Part shown: positions 63,721-64,000 of the stretch, one piece after another
Position numbering within the stretch: position 1 is the first letter of the stretch
Layout of the letters: every line of letters starts with the position of its first letter
Assembly (NCBI RefSeq): GCF_001194135.2
Contig: NC_068982.1
Coordinates: 32,986,106 to 33,050,105 of the forward strand
DNA from: Octopus bimaculoides
Taxonomy: Eukaryota
Length of the DNA stretch: 64,000 nt
Direction of reading: 5' to 3'
The notes under the pieces: generated by a model
Told to the model about the DNA's origin: nothing
Seen by the model: the letters and a program-made list of their open reading frames with translations, nothing else
The model's database searches: none
Translations under genes and position numbers: made by a program

Positions 63721-64000
63721 ATACCTAGTAAAGTCCGCGACTGATGCTTATTCTATTATTCTTTTACTTATTTCAGTTATTTGAAAGCGGCCATGCTGGA
63801 GTAAAACCTTCAAGGTGCATACATACATGATGATGATGGCCGTCCGCTCGTGACCGAGGTAGACCATTGCCGACCTTCAGGAACATTCTGCGCTCTAGTA
63901 CTAACTTACATTTTGCATTTACGGCTCCGTTGGTGGCTAATGAGCCCTGCTGGTGCCATAATCGCACCAGCCAGCATCACCACTACCTGTATATATATAT

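Noticed and set aside
63820-63990. Possible RTE-type 3' end with a (CAT)n tail on the minus strand
   Set aside because: Truncated by the window edge with no diagnostic peptide motif.

Overview
AT-rich eukaryotic draft-assembly DNA, with about 7.5 kb of N in 19 gaps, most of them flanked by microsatellites. The SINE and SSR landscape resembles my recollection of octopus (cephalopod) genomes, but the species cannot be proven from the sequence. I found no intact host protein-coding gene; the long ORFs in the track are gap or SSR artefacts. The window is a transposon graveyard. It holds dozens of tRNA-derived SINE copies from at least four families, MITEs (Tc1/mariner, hAT, piggyBac-like) and an internally deleted mariner. 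It also holds relics of Ty3/gypsy RT, RTE LINEs, two groups of restriction-like-endonuclease (RLE) non-LTR elements and Penelope-like elements (PLEs). The right end carries a tandem array of tRNA-Arg(ACG) genes and pseudogenes with a ~214-bp period. Most notable: (1) a tRNA-headed SINE with a 13-bp TSD carrying a minimal hammerhead ribozyme motif (38820-39085); (2) a PLE whose terminal repeat folds into a hammerhead-like motif with a ~90-nt helix II and an 8-nt palindromic helix III, seen in three copies, in an element lacking a GIY-YIG endonuclease; (3) three Dong/R4-like 3' ends stacked head-to-tail in one (TAA)n tract. All structures were folded and aligned by eye and need computational and biochemical confirmation.
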